Below, in pieces: positions 25,061 through 38,645 of a stretch of DNA of 64,000 nucleotides. Source of the DNA: Octopus sinensis (lineage: Eukaryota); NCBI RefSeq assembly GCF_006345805.1, contig NC_042999.1, positions 40,176,001-40,240,000 of the forward strand, read 5' to 3'. The notes beneath the pieces are model-generated. The model did no database searches, was not told the DNA's origin, and saw nothing but the letters and a program-made list of their open reading frames with translations. Numbering within the stretch: position 1 is the first letter of the stretch; each line of letters starts with the position of its first letter. The position numbers and the translations under genes were made by a program.

Positions 25061-25962
25061 GAACGATTCTTTTAATTCACCATTCATATTGTTTTAAAGA
25101 CATTTCATGGTCCCTTAACCACCATCCCTACTGATACTGAAGTAAATATGTTTGCATGAAATGCTACAATGTTAACATTATTCTTCAGGGATTGTGTGAG
25201 CATTGAATTGCCGTAATTTGGATCTGTCGAATAAATTGTAGGAATTAATGATATCACTAAATTTTCAGTATGTATTCAATGACTTTTGTAACATCCAGTC
25301 TCCTAGAAACCAAGTCTATAACTATTTTACATGCACTGACCCAGTATTTGCCTGACTTTCTTAAGGGAATTTCCATAAATTACGTTTACGGTTTCAAAAT
25401 ATGCAAAAAAATGAAAATTAGGGATAACTATTGGAAAACATAGACAAATATATAAAGTTTTATTAGGAAAATTATAACCCCTCCATATAGGTTCCACTGG
25501 TTGCACGCAAGTTGACCGATAAATGTCAAATTTAGTAGATATAATGAATTGCGAAAGTTGTAGAGATAATTTATGAACGCTATATTATCAAATGGAAAAG
25601 GACGAGATGCACATTTGACACAAGAGGGATATAATATCAACGTATTAACGGCCAGAACAAATACGCAAGGAATTCTTTTTCTTTTTTACATACCCAAGAG
25701 ATAAGCGCCAAAGGAGGTTCGGTTTTTTCATTCATTACATACAGTTTATATTAGTTAGGTATTCTATCTCATTCAATATATATTGTGCAACGATGCACAC
25801 TATCACACCAGCTAGAACGCACACATGCTTATAATCATAGACAAATGTGTATTTGCATGCACGTGCCTTAGCGTGACCACTCTTATATATGTGCAGATTA
25901 CCTTATGTCCTGGTACATGAGCAAGTGCACGTAATTGGCTCCAACACACAAACATTCAATTC

Positions 25963-25964
<2 letters not shown>

Positions 25965-26011
<47 letters not shown>

Positions 26012-26031
26012 CGCATGTGTGTGTGTATAGT

Positions 26032-26066
<35 letters not shown>

Positions 26067-26078
26067 TACATGCATATA

Positions 26079-26135
<57 letters not shown>

Positions 26136-26931
26136 TATATATGATGTATATGTATACATATATACATATGCATAGGGAGAGAGAGAGAGAAATATTTAGA
26201 GATAGATACCCACACATTTCGGCGCACAAGGACGAACACAAGCACACACACACACACATGCATATATACTTGAATGAATAGATGCAAACATGTAAGCATA
26301 CAACATCTGTGAATACTACATATGCATATCTCTTCAATCGTCCGCAAATGAAGTATAAATATTTGAGATAGTTGATCATATTCGTTTCTGCGCACGTGCC
26401 CACCGCAATATTTACGCGTAGGCATGTTTAAGATGATAAAATAGCAACAATTAGTGTGGTCACATTTTAGGATTCCGCTCATTCAATCTCTCAATAGACC
26501 ATTTACCTAACTTTGGTAAATGCCAAATATTAACCAAATAGCGCAAGTATTTTCGCGAAGTGGACAAAGGCGATTAGCGTTATATGAATGCACTCCATTA
26601 GGAAATGAGAATCCGACATAAAATTCGTAAAATGAAGCATGGTTCTCAAAGCTCTGGTCTGGCCTGCATTGTAACTAAGTAATTCATGTCACATTATGGA
26701 ATACTAGCCTTTTCCTTCAAGAGAGAAAACTGTTATGAAATACAAAATAATGAGATACTGACCTAGCATATAATATGCTTGAATACATTTTGAATGCACA
26801 TATTCATATAAACACACACACACACATACACACTCACACACACACTTACACACGCATATGTATATATATATACATTCATGCATACTTACACACATATATA
26901 TATATTATATATATATATATATATATTCATA

Positions 26932-26978
<47 letters not shown>

Positions 26979-26982
26979 TATA

Positions 26983-27035
<53 letters not shown>

Positions 27036-27316
27036 TGTGTAAATGTATGTTACATATAGAGGACACACAGACACACAGACAGAGAAAAAAATAGAGACAC
27101 GCAGAACGATATATTTGCTTCACCTACGCATAATCTGCGAAGTATTTTGTAATTTGTTTTCATTTTTGTTCTTTACTATACATTTCGAGTAGGACATAAT
27201 TGGCTACTCAGAATTCGCAACCATCTTCGATATTCATACAGTGTTAAAAGGCGACCGATATAATTTAACCATTTAACTGCGGACTGTATCGCAGTGCCAA
27301 GGCTGTATGCAGAAAC

Positions 27317-27354
<38 letters not shown>

Positions 27355-27597
27355 ACACCACACATTCATATACATGTATGCATACATATATATATATACA
27401 CACATACAGACATACGCATGCACGCACACATGCACACATACACACACACACACATGCACATAAAGTTAATACGAATATTGTGAAAGCATATAATACAAGT
27501 TTTTCTGATCCTTATACATATATACATACAGACAGACAGATGGACAGATAGACAGACAGATAAACAGACAGAGAGGTAGACAGACAGACGCGCACAC

Positions 27598-27670
<73 letters not shown>
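25965..27670. repeat. Dense microsatellite blocks (25965-26160, 26810-27035, 27320-27670)
   Basis: (TA)n, (TG)n, (CA)n and (GATA)n directly visible. Confidence 0.95.
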
Positions 27671-27671
<1 letters not shown>

Positions 27672-27675
27672 ACGT

Positions 27676-27850
27676 TAGCATGCTACGTTCAAATTCCGCC
27701 GAGGTCGAATTTGCCTTTCATCCTTTCGGGGTCGATTAAATAAGTACCAGTTACACACTGGGGTTGACGAAATCGGCTTAATCCCTTTGTTTGTCCTTGT
27801 TTGTCTCCCTCTATGTCCTTGTTTGTGCCCCTTGTGGATAATAAAGAAAT
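27676..27850 (+). mobile_element. SINE family B monomer (tail 1), internally deleted head
   Basis: ttcaaattccgccgaggtcgaatttgcc...ccccttgtggataataaagaaata. Confidence 0.85.
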
Positions 27851-28211
27851 AAGATAGACAGATAGATGAATAGATAGATAGGCAAATATGTATAACAACA
27901 TGTGCAAGAATGAAGAAAATCATATCTTTAGTTGATGATTACACCATATATAACCGGGTATCGGTTCTATTGTGCCAGCATAGTTAGCTACAGAAAAAAT
28001 GCACAAATCAATATAGGAATGTTTATCTGACATAATGTTATCGAGGTAATCCAAACAGGCTAAATTCGAAGTGAACTGAGATAATTTGTGAAGCGCAATG
28101 AACGCTTGCACAATGAACTTTAAGAATAATGCACATACTATGGACATTAAGAAGAAACTTAATATTCTAGGAAAATCTCACTTGTGTTTAACTTACGATT
28201 ACTTCAGTACT

Positions 28212-28440
28212 CTCTTTTAATCTTTTACTCTTCTACTTGTTTCAGTCATTTGACTGTGGCCATGTTGGAGCACCGCCTTTTTTTTAGTCGGGCAAATCGA
28301 CCCCAGGACTTATACTTTGTAAGCCTAGTACTTATTCTATCGGTTTCTTTAGCCGAACCGCTAAGTAACGGGGGCATAAACAAACTAGTATCGGTTGTCA
28401 AGCGATGTTGGTGGGGGGGGGCAAACACAAACACATGAAC
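28212..28440 (-). mobile_element. SINE family A, 3' half
   Basis: cttttactcttctacttgtttcagtcatttgactg...ggggcaaacacaaacac. Confidence 0.85.
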
Positions 28441-28467
28441 ATACACACATACATACATACATATACA

Positions 28468-28541
<74 letters not shown>

Positions 28542-29279
28542 CGAGCAGACTATCCAGATGGAAATTCACGCGCACCCAAACACACGCATGCGCCCACGGA
28601 GCCCCGCCACATGCACAAAAGGAATAATACACATACGCATGTATTGTATAAATATATTTGTATGTTTATGAATACATACGAGCAAAACGCCCTCTGTCCA
28701 ATAGACGGTGCTGAGTTGTCAAACATTTAAACCAACTTTTCTCAAAACAACTTGTCTAACCGCCCCATAGGTCTCCCTTTTGAGAAACACTGATTTAACC
28801 TAAATTTGAGACACCAGCAAAAGAAGAAATAAAGATAGACTTCTTTTCTATTCCAAAGAAAAACGTTTTTATTCTCACAAATATGCAACCGAAGAGTTTA
28901 AAGTATCAGTAATGATAAGGCTGTTGACTGGGAGAACACAAACATGGTTTAAACAATACGCTTGGTACGAAAGAAACGTGCCTTTAAGCAGTACAAAAAC
29001 AGCAAAAAATGGAGGGTGCAGTTATGTACAGGTTGACGGAAGAAAAGCAGGTCTAAAAACATGCATGCAAATGGGTTAGCTGGAGCTAAATCTAGATGGA
29101 AGAACATGATGAACTTATGAGAACATACCTGGGACAATAATAAGTTAGTCCGATAAAACATGTAGGAAATCAACTTGGGGTGATGTTTTATGAAAGGCAA
29201 CAACCTTGGGAACTAAGTAACTAATTTTAAGCTAACTTATTTTACGGCATGTTCGAGGCATGGAAAAGCTAGTGGAGCG

Positions 29280-29525
29280 CAGCCTTGTAAACCACATTCC
29301 TGATGTACTTGCGCGTACAATTGCACGCTCCCACAGCTTTATCGATCGCATTCTCACATGGAATCGATTTTTGTAATTTTTTGAAAACTTATGCTCGCCC
29401 TGATACCGTAGGCATCTACATACCGAATTTTAGCGCAATCGGATGGAGGATGCCCGAGAACCTAGAAGACAACACAGACAGAGAGAGAGAAGGAGAGAGC
29501 GAGAGAGGGAAGATAGATAGATATA
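29280..29525 (-). mobile_element. Possible non-autonomous Helitron-like 5' remnant
   Basis: accgaattttagcgcaatcgg...acagacagagag...atagat resembles the 5' region of microsatellite-bearing Helitron derivatives; no 3' hairpin/CTAG found. Confidence 0.3.
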
Positions 29526-29800
29526 CATCATTTACACTTCTTTAGTCACTTGAATGTGGCTACAGGGGGCTACATCCAAATAGAGTTTACTCTAAGAAAT
29601 CAAACCCAGTACGTATTTTTTAAAGCCTGGACATATTCTATCGGTTATTAAACATTTTTATTTCATGAATTTTTTCTTGTGCATTTAATAGAATGTTGTG
29701 CGTATATGTCTACATCCATCTATATATGTATACATTGTATGCTTATATACACACGTAGATACTCTCGTCTTTGTATATGATCATTCACACGCATACACAC

Positions 29801-29868
<68 letters not shown>

Positions 29869-30419
29869 GGATAGATAGACAGGCGAGCGGACGGAAAGGC
29901 GGAGGAGGGATGATTGGATTGTGTATGAATGGATACGCACTTCTTTTATGCATATGTGTGGGTGCTACTGGATATCTTTAAACAAGTTCAAAATATTTAG
30001 TTCTAACTTATTGACAGTTAATCTGTGAAAGTATTCAATTCAAGTAACACTATATATGGTTTTAAGCGATTTATGCATAAGAACTATTAAAGCAAATTAC
30101 ATTATTCACATACGTGGCAGTACAACACATACAAATTGCAAAGTCTTTTCAAATAGCGATTTTGTATCCAGGCACAAGACGCAGTTTAGAATTTATATAT
30201 TCAAAGCACTTTATAAAAGAATTCCAAATGAAGTGGAGAGTTATTGTTATAATTTTTCTACAGTACGGAGTGAGACATTTTCTACAATGATTATTCAGAT
30301 TTTTATATCGGTTATAGAAATTTCAAGTCGTTCTTAAATAGTGGTTTGAAGCAAATTTGTGAATTGATTATATCTACTATGTTTTCCTCTACAAATGTAT
30401 ATATACATGTTGAGGGGGG

Positions 30420-30617
30420 CGTGTGTGTGTGCGTGTGAGCGTGTGTGTGTCTGTGTATATATATATGTATATATATATATATATATATATTTACATACAT
30501 ACATAAATATATGTATTATGTGTATATATATATATTTACATACATGCATAAATATATGTATCATGTATATATATATATTTATACATATATATATGTATAT
30601 AATATTAATATATATAT

Positions 30618-30706
<89 letters not shown>

Positions 30707-30789
30707 CTCAATGAATACAATCAAAACGCTGAAATAGCACATCAAATTAAAATATCCATTCGTGCATCTGACTAAATGTAATGTGTACA

Positions 30790-30840
<51 letters not shown>

Positions 30841-30885
30841 TATATATATATATATAATATATATATATATAATATATATATAATA
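30420..30885. repeat. Long (TA)n/(TG)n/(CA)n microsatellite block
   Basis: Directly visible. Confidence 0.95.
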
Positions 30886-31214
30886 GTTAAATACAGTTAA
30901 AAGTGTTATACGGTGACCTTTATCTGAGAGAAATCCACATAATATACGTGTTGTTCTCTTGCTCGTTCATATCGAAATACTAACTTCCCCTCAGTTAAAT
31001 GACAACCCCGAATTAGGGCGCCACGCATTTTTCATTCCCAGGAATCATTGTTGAAACGATGTCCCCATCGATCGCCTACATTTGGTGCCTTGAATAAAAC
31101 TTATCAATGAAAGCATTTTCTATCAGGCACAATATCATAGAATCTGATAGGCTTACTGCAATATCAATCAATTTATTATTAACTATTTCTTATATATCGA
31201 AGTATGAATTTTCT

Positions 31215-31562
31215 TTTCTATTCTAATCACAAGGCCCGACAACTTGGGTGAGTGGCAAATACTGAAAGGATGAAATGCAATAATCGACCTCGGCGGAAAT
31301 TGAACTCAGCACATAAAGATAGATGAAATACCTATTTTTGTACTACCCGCAAGGAGCTAAACACAAAAGGGATAAACAAGGACAGAGAAACGGATTAAGT
31401 CTATCACATCGACCGCAGTGCGTAACTGGTACTTAATTTATCGACCCCGAAAGGATGAAAGGCAAAGTCGACCTCGGAATTTGATCTCAGAACGTAACGG
31501 CAGACGAAACACTGCTAAGCATTTCGTCCGGCATGCTAACGTTTATACCAGCTCGCCGCCTT
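31215..31562 (-). mobile_element. SINE family B dimer (tail 1 + tail 2)
   Basis: Head ccagctcgccgcctt at the right end; junction gaaatacctattttt at ~31325. Confidence 0.85.
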
Positions 31563-31859
31563 ATCTAAGTATATATATTGTCTCAGCAAGTGACAGATTA
31601 TTGCATGCATCGACATGCTCAATGGCATAATGAGTTTATGTGAGTGAATTCTGCGACGATGCTCATCTCCTTTGGATAGGTATTGTGTATTCAATACTAC
31701 TTGTCCATGAAAAGTTTTTGTGTGCGAGAAAGAAAAGCACAGAATCGGGATTTATAAGAGTGTAATTATATTCACAATGTTAGTTGGATTACAATGAGAT
31801 TTTTTCCTATTTTGTTATATATTTTATTGACCTTTGACGGGGGTGAACAACCAAAAACT

Positions 31860-32100
31860 ACCACTCGGGGTTCGCTGAACACATAGCGTGGCTCACGAAT
31901 CTTCCGTTCAGCTGATTTTCTTGAGTCACCATCTCACATTTGTATGTCAATACATCACAATTTACACACTTGCGGCTTAGCTGACTGAAGTAGCATGCAA
32001 TGAAGCGTTTTGATCCAGCACACAATGCACAACCAGTCTGGCAATCGAAACCATAAACACAGGATCGTGAGTGCAACATCCTGACCACTGGAGCAAGCGC
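31860..32100 (-). mobile_element. Old tRNA-derived SINE remnant
   Basis: Minus-strand ctggtcaggatgttgcactcacgatc...ggtttcgattgccagact (A/B-box like). Confidence 0.55.
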
Positions 32101-32144
32101 TTTTAAAATGGCGATACAAACGTATGTGTGTATATTGGTAATTA

Positions 32145-32772
32145 AGGCGGTGAGCTAGCAGAAGCGTTAGCACGCAGGGCGAAATGCTTAGCAGTAATTC
32201 GTCTGCAGTTACATTCCGAGTTCAAATTCCGCCGAGGTCGACTTTGCCTTTCATCCTTTCGGAGTTGATTAACTACGTACCAGTTATGCACTGGCGTCGA
32301 TATAATCGACTTAATCCGTTTGGCTGTTCTTGTTTGTCCTTTCTGTGTTTAACCCCTTGTGGGTAGTAAAGAAATAGGTATTTCGTCTTCCGCTACATTC
32401 TGAGTTCAAATTCCACCGAGGTCGACTTTGCCTTTCATCCTTTCGGGATCGATAAATTAAGTACCAGTTACGCACTGGGGTCGATGTAATCGACTTAATC
32501 CCTTTATCTGTCCTTGTTTGTCCCCTCTATGTTTAGCCCTTTGTGGGCAATAAATAAGAAACATTAGCACGCCGGGCAAAATGCCGAGCGGTATTTCGTC
32601 TGTTTTTACGTTCTGAGTTCAATTTCCGCCGAGGTCGACTTTGCCTTTCATGGTTTCGGGGTCGATAAATTAAGTACCAGTTACGCACTGGGGTTGATGT
32701 AATTGACTTAATCCCTTTGTCTATCCTTGTTTGTCCCCTATATGTTTAGCCCATTGTGGGCAATAAAGAAAT
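32145..32772 (+). mobile_element. SINE family B trimer (all tail 1)
   Basis: Units 32145-32376, 32377-32556 and 32557-32772. Confidence 0.92.
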
Positions 32773-32949
32773 TAGTATGTATGTAATTATGCTCTTTTTG
32801 TGTTTTTAATTTAAAATAAATTTTGACTGGACAATGTTGTGAAGGGAAGTATCTTGATTCTTCGTTGTCATTTAAATCTCAAGGTGACACAGATTGTTAT
32901 GTCCCATTTAGCGGAATTATTTTTAGTGCATAAATTAAGGATCTGCATT

Positions 32950-33270
32950 TTCTGCCCTAAATCCAAGTTCAACCGTACTTTGCAGCAGGTGGGTTCGTAT
33001 GCATCCTGTTGATCCAATAATAATTAGTATGACGCTGAAAATTGATCTTCTGTACTGGATTTGCATAGATATTCTTTTTCTCTTGTATTATTTCAAACCA
33101 CATTGGGGTCCAGACATCAGCTAATTTCCACAAAGGAATATATATCTTTTGTTGCGGTCCTTTACAACAATATCTTACCGGCTGTGTATTAATATGATAC
33201 ACGGAATTTCAACATTTATGTTCCGCCAGCATTCTTTTGAAGGATCGGTTTCAATGTAGTCCACTTCTTC
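32950..33270 (-). mobile_element. REL endonuclease remnant of a non-LTR retrotransposon
   Basis: Reads WRNINVEIPCIILIHSR*DIVVKDRNKR...VILIIIGSTGCI (cf. RPDIVV...VIGxxG). Confidence 0.6.
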
Positions 33271-33902
33271 AGTTAGTCTTATTTTTTCTTAACCTATAGT
33301 GTATGTATGTATGTATGTATGCAAGAATATATGTATATATCCATATAAGTATGTATGTTTGTATGCAAATGCATAAGTATGTACGTATTTATGTATGTAT
33401 ATGTGAACGTTTATATACATGTATGTGTATTTGATTATATGGGGAAAGAGAGAGAACGTGAGAGAACAAACGCACAAAGACAGACTCACAGACCCCATTT
33501 GTATGTAAATACATGTATATACAATATAGTCATTGATAATCACCAAATTGATATTGAAACTATTATTTTTATAATTCTAATCCAGAAACGCGTCCATAAG
33601 TAATCGAAGACTGTTTGATTTGGTTATTTTTCTTCTTTTTGACTCTATGAGTTAAATATATTGTTATCTGTGGAGTCATATTTTTAGTGAAAAGAATTGG
33701 CTGTCTTTGGCTGCTATTTCTAAATTTTCGGTATGTGTTGAAGCAACTTGTTGCTAAACTCTTAATTATATTTATATTTATATATAAAAAAACACTTTCT
33801 AAAAGTTTCTACCGATAATGTTTTTTTTTTCCATACCCAAACTACTTGGTAGAATTTATTCGTTATTAAATTAATAATTATTTACCCTATACTTGTAATG
33901 AT

Positions 33903-33935
<33 letters not shown>

Positions 33936-34058
33936 GCATACAAACATACGCAGACTGACACACATATATGCATACATAAATATTTGTAGATATATACGCA
34001 TATATATATATATATATATACACACACATATATATATTTATGTGCGTGTGTATATGTT

Positions 34059-34090
<32 letters not shown>

Positions 34091-35091
34091 ATATATACTT
34101 ATATACATATAAGCATACATACATATCAATATATATATATACCTTTAGAAAATGTTTTTTCGAGGTATATTATTGCGTTTATTTATTTAGTATTCTGCTT
34201 ATGTTTTCAGTGTTTTTGCCCTTTGGCTTATTTCCAGTGCTATTCTCTTTTATATGAAGCTCTTGTCTACAGTTGTCATCGTCTCATTTCCTAATGCATT
34301 TGTTATTTATTTATTTATTTATTTATTGACAGTCTCTCTGCTCTTTATCTGTTTATTTAGTGTTCTTAATCATGGTTTTTTTTTAATATTCTGAATAGTC
34401 CCCGTTAGCTTATTTTATTCCCGTTTGTTCTAATTCAATCTGTCACCCTTATTCGAAAGTAACATTTTATGTATATTACAACTCACTAAATAGAAACGCT
34501 GTCTTAGAAGAGGGAAAAATTATCATAGTCTTTTTTCGTTGACCAATTATTGTGATAGTTGCTTAATTAAAAGCAGTGTAGTTCCTCCTTGTCACTTTCC
34601 AAATCCTTGTCTTCTCAGTTGTTTATTTTTCTTTCCTTCTCGAATTATTTACTATACAAAATTCACTGTAGTATCTTCAAAGTAGTATCACGTTTTAGGG
34701 GGCAGTGTTTAAGAAGCAATGTTATTTTACCAATACAACTTAATGCAAATTGTGAAGCTATACAACCTATTACTTAATTTATGAACAGCCTATTAATTTC
34801 TAATTTATACTCATATTCCCTTTAATCATATTTCGATAGAGTGTATGCTCCTTCTATAGACAATGCAGAACTTGTGTATGTTGGATTTTTACCTTTTAAC
34901 CTACAGATTTAAAAAAATTTTTATTCTAACTAAACACTTTCAAATTTCGGACCGTTAGATACGGCAAAGAATAGAACTAGGGAAAAAAAAATAACAGCCT
35001 CAAGAAAATAAAATTATACGCATAGAATCACTCTCAAAGACTTAGAAAAATGTTCATATTTAATAAGAAAGCAGTTACAACTTTGACTTTT

Positions 35092-35710
35092 CGGATCTTT
35101 ACCTTTTGACCTACAGATTTAAAAAAATATTTTTTTGTAACTAAACACTTTCAAACTTCGGACACTGGTAGAATGTGTCATATAAAACATCTTCTGTACT
35201 TAGCATTTGTGAGAAAACTTATATTTACGAAGTTATTTCACGTTAAAGCTGTCCTCTTTCGGTAATTTCAACCAATCAATGGCGTGTATTCGGCTGAACA
35301 AATTACTGCTGTTGTTTGTCAACAAGAACGTCCGGCGGTATATATTTCGTTTGTCACTGTTATTTATGACAAACCTAATACTAAAATCCTAACCCTAACC
35401 CGAAAACCCTAACCCTAAAATCCTAACCCTAACCCTAACATCTTAAAGCTAAAACCAGTAAAAACGATAGTTGTTGTTGACAAACAACGGCGTTAAATTA
35501 TTCAACTGAATACACGCCATGGATTGGTTGAAATTATCGGAAGAGGACAACTTTAACGTGAAATAACTTCGTAAATATAAGTTTTTTCTCAAAAATGCTA
35601 CGAATAAAAGATGTTCTATATGACACATTCTACCAGTGTCCGAAGTGTGAAAGTTTTTAGTTACAAAAAAATATTTTTTTTAATCTGTAGGTCAAAAGGT
35701 AAAGATCCCG
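35092..35710. mobile_element. 619-bp foldback MITE with ~237-bp arms and a (CCCTAA)n-like spacer
   Basis: 35092-35328 is the reverse complement of 35472-35710 (cggatctttaccttttgacctacaga / tctgtaggtcaaaaggtaaagatcccg); ccctaa repeats at 35374-35439. Confidence 0.92.
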
Positions 35711-36125
35711 TATGTTTTGTGTGTATCTATCTATGAACATTCTGCTATTTTCTCCGACTTTCGTTTTCTACTTCTTAAATAGTGATGACAGTACATTATT
35801 TAATTTCTTAAGAAATGTGTATGTAAGAGTTAGGCATTTCATCTGTTGTACTTCCATTACGCTGCAAACCTATTGTGCAAAAAAGTTTAAAAAATCAACT
35901 CTACATGACAAATATTTTAGTATCTGAAACCATATTTTATATTATAAAAATTCATATTAAAATAAATTATGTTTCCCTTTCTGCTCAGCTTCTCAATGAA
36001 TATTGGAGCGAAAAAAATTGACAAAGCAAATATCCATATCACTCTACACAAAAAAAAACCAGGCAACTTTTCAAAAATGTGAACAATATGTATTATGAAA
36101 AAAATAGGGAAAAACTTCCAAATTA

Positions 36126-36400
36126 TTAGGTGGTTAGATTCGATCTTGTAACCATATCAGGACAGCCTAAATTATGCTCGACTAGTCCTGCATATCTAAC
36201 ATTTCTAATTATCGCTAGATTATTAATCTGATCGTTTTTAGACCATTCATTATAAAATAATGAGATTCGTGACAGAAATGCACAAAGTTGAAATCTTGAT
36301 TTATTTGCAACGAAGCCAAGCATTTTACATTCGATTTCCATTCTCTGCTCGGCATACACAATGACAGTGATACTCTATATCCCTAGGATATAAAATGAAA
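36126..36400 (-). mobile_element. Old R4/Dong-like RT fragment
   Basis: Reads YILGI...DQINNLAIIRNVRYAGLVEH (cf. YKYLGI...INxLAIPVxRYxAGIVEW). Confidence 0.5.
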
Positions 36401-36595
36401 CACGATATTTTGAAATACTATCAGTGGTGAACGGTAAAACATTTACGTAAATTATTTATGAAGCGGTTTTAGAAGCTTTCAAGCTATGAAAATGAATAAA
36501 AGAGAAAAATATGTAATCGAATAAGAAATTAGGTTACAACCACTCATTTTAAGTATCTTGATAAATACTGGGGCATAATGAATTGTTAAACGCCA

Positions 36596-36685
<90 letters not shown>

Positions 36686-37072
36686 GACGCATAATATTAT
36701 TAAATATAATATTAGTTCATGTACCCTGAAGTGGATTTTTTTCATCTTATATTTTTACTCAGGCAGGAAGGCAGTGTCTATCATCTCTACCTGGCGCCCA
36801 TGACCCGTGGGTGTGAGGCTGGATGAATGTCTGCGCACTGGACATCAGGCCTAAATACTTGTAACAGACATACCGATGGTTACGGTGCCGGATTCTATGT
36901 TGGAGTATAAAACGGAACAGGGGTTAAGTATAGCACCCACATAGGGCCCAATAAGATTTATAATTGGAACGCAAAGATCAGATAACCGAAAAGTTACAAG
37001 AATCCGTGTCGGACTTTTACGATTCCTTCGATTTATCACCCTGGCTTGATATTTTTATTCTTTTCTACTATA

Positions 37073-37362
37073 GGTATAAGGCCCGAAATTTTGGGGGTAC
37101 GGGGCCAAACGATGAGATCAACATCAGTACGCAACTGGTACTTAGTTTAATAACCTCGAAAGGATGGAAAGCAAAGTCGACCTCGGCGAAATATGAACTC
37201 AGAACTGTCTTTATATTCTGAGTTCAAATTCCGCCGAGGTCGACTTTGCATTTCATCCTTTCGGAAACGATAAATTAAGTACCAGTTGCATACTGTGATC
37301 AATCTAGTCAACTGACCCTCTCCCCCAAAGTTTCGGGCACCTTGTGCCTAGAGTAGAAAAGG
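37073..37362. mobile_element. Inverted pair of head-less family B SINE cores
   Basis: Minus core 37073-37204 and plus core 37215-37362 joined at gaactcagaa-ctgtctttata-ttctgagttc. Confidence 0.85.
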
Positions 37363-38114
37363 ATTGATACTTATATTATCGACCTCTCGTTAAACATCAA
37401 TCACAGAGAATTTAACAACACTGAAGAGGCATTCTATCCGATGCTGTAAAGAATCTCAAATCGATGCTTCAGCTTATTGTGTTAGAAACAGGACATTTTT
37501 ATATAAACAAAATTATAAATGTACCGTTATATTGACTGCTTTCAAAAATACTCGTCCACCGATGTACATATATCAAAAAGAGTACCATAGAAATTACATA
37601 ACATATTATATAACTTGTAGATTAATGCATTTTAAAACTATAAGATATAACATACTTCTAAATTATGTTGACGTCAGAAAGCATATTAACTTCTTTTGTC
37701 AGATCAGGAATATATATTAAGACGTATAACACCAATAATATTTATATGCAATATGATTAATACGATCTTGTATTGATTTAATCTGTTGAAAGCAGTATAG
37801 TATATTAAATCATATTCCGAGTCATATATTGCCAAATCTGCAAAATGGACGATTTATTAATAATATCGAAATGTGCACATACATTTTGACTATGAGATCA
37901 GATATGTGTATGAGTGCACAGAATATTACCGATGTTTGATTAGCTTGATATATTAAATATTCTCCAGATGGACAGAGATGTTCTCTCACCACAGACACGA
38001 ATGAAAAATACGTGTTCAAAGCCAGTCTCAATCTGCATTATTTTATCGAATATTTAAATTAATATCGCCTTTAGCTTGTTATATAAGTTTCCTAGGACAG
38101 GCACACGAATAACT

Positions 38115-38470
38115 GTGAGATCAATCAGTTGACTCTGCCACTGAGTGGCTTCGGGTTCAGTGTCAGTCCGCACAACTTGGACAAGTGTCTTCTACTATGA
38201 CTCTTGTCCATTCAATAACTTGTGGAAGACTTTGGTAAATGTAAATTATGTATGTAAATGTGTATATGCGCGCGCGCGTGTATGTTTGTGTTCATCACTT
38301 TGTCTTTGCCTCCTGACTGTTTCAGAGCAGATGTTGGATTGTTTATGGCCCTGGTAGCAAGAGGTTCAGCAAAAGCAACGAGTAAAATAAGTATCAGATT
38401 TAATGGTTACTCACTGGATGAGACTGATTGATCAAAATCATAAAAGCCCGGGCACCAGCATCGCCGCTTT
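38115..38470 (+). mobile_element. SINE family A, old copy
   Basis: ttcgggttcagtgtcagtccgcacaacttggacaagtgtcttctactat...ggttcagcaaaagcaacgagtaaaataagta. Confidence 0.7.
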
Positions 38471-38608
38471 TCGATAACTGCAACGAGTAAATTATAGATG
38501 ACAAGCAATTTTGAGAACTTAGAACTTAGAAAAGGAAGTATTTCAATAACAGTATTTTTACCAAGCATATTTTTATCCAACTAGAGGCTAGCTATAACGT
38601 CACTTTCC

Positions 38609-38640
<32 letters not shown>

Positions 38641-38645
<5 letters not shown>

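Noticed and set aside
33180-33270. Minus-strand exon-like stretch ending at a gtaagat donor
   Set aside because: Reading through gives HSR*DIVVKD, a decayed REL endonuclease RPDIVV motif.
35374-35439. True telomere or chromosome fusion site
   Set aside because: Short, degenerate, single orientation and enclosed by the arms of a MITE.
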